A DNA stretch of 64,000 bases from Marsupella aquatica (taxonomy: Eukaryota > Plantae > Marchantiophyta): NCBI GenBank assembly GCA_973895155.1, contig OZ316894.1:19846451-19910450 (forward strand). The letters are read 5' to 3'. Both the position numbers and the translations under genes were made by a program. The notes under the pieces were generated by a model. The model was not told where the DNA came from, did not search any database, and saw only the letters and a program-made list of their open reading frames with translations. Positions 61,311-64,000 of this stretch are shown one piece after another (position 1 is the stretch's first letter; every line of letters begins with the position of its first letter).

Positions 61311-64000
61311 CTTTGTAGGGTAGGCTTGGATTGCTGACACAAGCATTTCACAAGACTGGCGAGTAGGCCCTCTTTGTTGACAACTACTCGTTGAATCTGA
61401 ATTTCTTTCGAAAATGCTAAGCCACTCAATGCTTTAGCCGCATTTTCTGCAAATGCATCCGACTCCCAATCGGTGAGGGTGAGTGAGTGTTGTAGCACGT
61501 CCACAACACCCGAAGTATTTCCAACTAGGATTGCTGAGTTGTCATATGAAGCCTTCCAACAAACACGACACAATGTTTTGGAGGCCGCCTCTTGGACACT
61601 ACTCTGGAAACCCTCCTTCAAATTCAAAAGGTCAACTACAGTCTGCAAAAAGGTGATTGTATGTTCGTTGAGCAAAGGCGTATCTTCTATGGAAGAAATG
61701 TGCAAAATAACCGCGAGAGTGGCCAACTGTACGGAAGGACAAGCACCCAACTTCAGCAGGTAAGTGATGTTGTCGTTATCTAGCCGGCGGTTGCATATGA
61801 AGTTGAGAAGGACCTGTAATAAAAGAAAGGGAGTCACAATGCCGAGTATTTAAATTCAATGACAATTGTAGATCAGAACTGTCAGATGACTGTTTTCTTT
61901 TGAAAATTATTCCCTCAAAGAGAAAGAAGGCAGAAAACGTATCGAAAGGCCAGCTTTCCGACTGCTCTAAAAATCATGCTTCTATTATAAGACTCTCTCA
62001 CAGTTTCGTATATAAAATGTAGCATGCACGTCTGGCTATTTAACAATAATTGTATACACCAAACGTCCACATTCTACTAAGGAAATCAAACGCCTGAATT
62101 TCATTGAAAAAGTCGAATTTGTATCTTTTCCACATAATGGTCATATTGATTTTCGCAAGAGTTACCTACTTCGTACGAAGAATAGCTGAAGAATATGTAT
62201 GAAGTCTGACTCAATCTGTCACGCACTTGGTTCCATTATGAACATGTGAACTGCTAGATTCTGTGAGAGGAAGTACTAGAGTTATTGAGATGATTCTCGT
62301 CAATCAGAAATGTTCCAGTCGACTTCAAGAGAACTAGTCGATTTATATTAATATTATACTATAGAGAGAGTAACATGTAGAGGGAAGCACTTCTTCATGG
62401 ACGGCAGGAGAAATACCTTTCTGACACGGCACTTGTCCAGTTCCGTCCATTGCTCCTCCTCTTCAGGCTTGTCCAGGAGCCATATCAATGGCTCGATAGC
62501 TTTCCTCCTTAGATCCTTCATGGTGTCATCAGAATCTACAAGGTTGGCTATTTCGGAAGCCTTTGCCATGGCCCGACTCACAACTGGATCTGTGTGACAG
62601 CCATCAAAGTATAGAGCGCAAAGAGTGATTCTCACTCTCATCTCGTCATCCACTATTTCTATTTCATTACCTACTAATTCCGATTCAGGAGCCTGCAACC
62701 TGCATCTGATGCTTGATGTGATGCTTGACTCAGGTGAAAAACTATCATCACCAAACAATGCCCCAATCACATCCCTGACTTCCTGTTTGCCCACGACATG
62801 CCGTTCCATATAAAGTTTCACCAGAGACTGTAGGGACCACGCCGGAGAGTCCTCCTCGTTTTCTTCCTTGCCCACATTCATCTTGGATGCCAATGTATCA
62901 GCTTTACGCTTCAATAGTTCTCTCATCCATAATTCATCTGTTGACCTTGTGAATGAAGAGCTTGACATGTTCATACCAGCACAAAAAAGTCGAAGGACCT
63001 CTTCGGGAACAGATTCTGCTTTACATGCATACATCAAGAAGAGTATCCGTTTGGCATCCCTGGTTTCCAGAGATTCTAGACAAAGCGTCATAGCCCCCCA
63101 CAAGCTTCTAGGTGTAGCACTCTCATCGTCTAACACGATAGTCGTAGCTTTAGAGTCTAGTAACTCAGATAATTCCTTCCAAGCATCTCGCCAAGCCCTT
63201 TTATTCTTCTTATCTGCCTTGTAGGAAAAGGTACTGGCCAAACAGGCCAAAGCTAAAGGATTTCCATCAGTTGCTTGGATCATCTTATCTGCATAATCCT
63301 GCATTGAGACAATTTAAGAAGAAACACCAATTCTTGGAGCTGTTAGTAGCTAAGGAGGCAACTTAGAGAGCAATTACTTTACAAATATGCTACTACAATA
63401 TAAGATTTGCTTTGAGGGCAACGCACCTGTATGTTCTCCGGAAATTTGTTACTCTCCAGCCCCACAAGGGAGGCAAGGATGTTTCTCGCTTCCTCTTTGG
63501 ACGCTTCGTCCATCGTAATAAGCACAGAGGCATCTTTAAAGTCTTCACATAAATTAGACCTCTGGGAAGTGATGAGAATCTTATCATCTTTGCCGTTTCT
63601 GGCAGCCTTCCACATTTCATACACAAACTGCTTATCGGAAACGCCATCTAGGATCATCAAAATCTTCTGGCCAGTAAAAACATTATGGAGAGCGTTGGCG
63701 ATTCTAGATTTTGAGCCAATATTCTCCCCAGATTTTGACATGTTTTCCTCGGCTAAACTAGCGGGAGAAAGGTGCTCCAAGATTTCATACTGCTTGGTGG
63801 CAAGATTAGATATGGAACTATTGCCACACGACACAAAAATTACATGATCAAACACGTTGCTTTTTTCTCCAAATTGCCCATAGCGCTCACAGATATATCT
63901 GGCTAGGGTGGACTTGCCTTTACCTACGCCCCCATGCAATAATATCATGCGAGCCCCGCTCTGAGAATCTTCAATTGCCTTAATGACGGCAGACTGTGAT
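60020..64000 (-). CDS. NLR-like NB-ARC-ARM gene, copy 3 (5' end outside window; exons >64000-63427, 63298-62417, 61813-60020)
   Basis: Same NB-ARC motifs and introns as copy 1. The frame is open through 9 core ARM units, then a 4-bp 'actc' duplication at about 60030 puts the capping repeats (59734-60020) out of frame. Confidence 0.75.

Overview
This is eukaryotic land-plant genomic DNA with GT-AG introns. A non-seed plant (bryophyte/liverwort-like) origin is my inference only. The window opens with an intact five-exon chloroplast phosphoribulokinase gene (2154-4699, +). It continues as a tandem segmental triplication of a module containing PRK 3' remnants, a TPR exon, and a minus-strand NLR-like gene. 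That gene has an N-terminal helical domain, an NB-ARC STAND ATPase with altered Walker B and MHD motifs, and a C-terminal array of near-identical 135-bp (45-aa) Armadillo repeats instead of LRRs. The copies lie at about 6.6-12.1 kb, 30.3-34.9 kb and 59.7-64 kb (cut by the window end). The ARM arrays differ in repeat number, are homogenised within each paralog, and carry a hypervariable codon at the helix-3 'W' position of the ARM WxxxN motif. This resembles fungal HET-E-type NLRs and is the main candidate novel system. Comparing duplicates exposes several insertions: a 5'-truncated L1/Tx1-like LINE with a 9-bp TSD, a Ty1/copia (Bianca-like) element with one 110-bp LTR, an LTR-less Ty3/gypsy fragment flanked by a 17-bp direct repeat, and a MITE-like insert. 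All coordinates were read by eye and no database searches were run.
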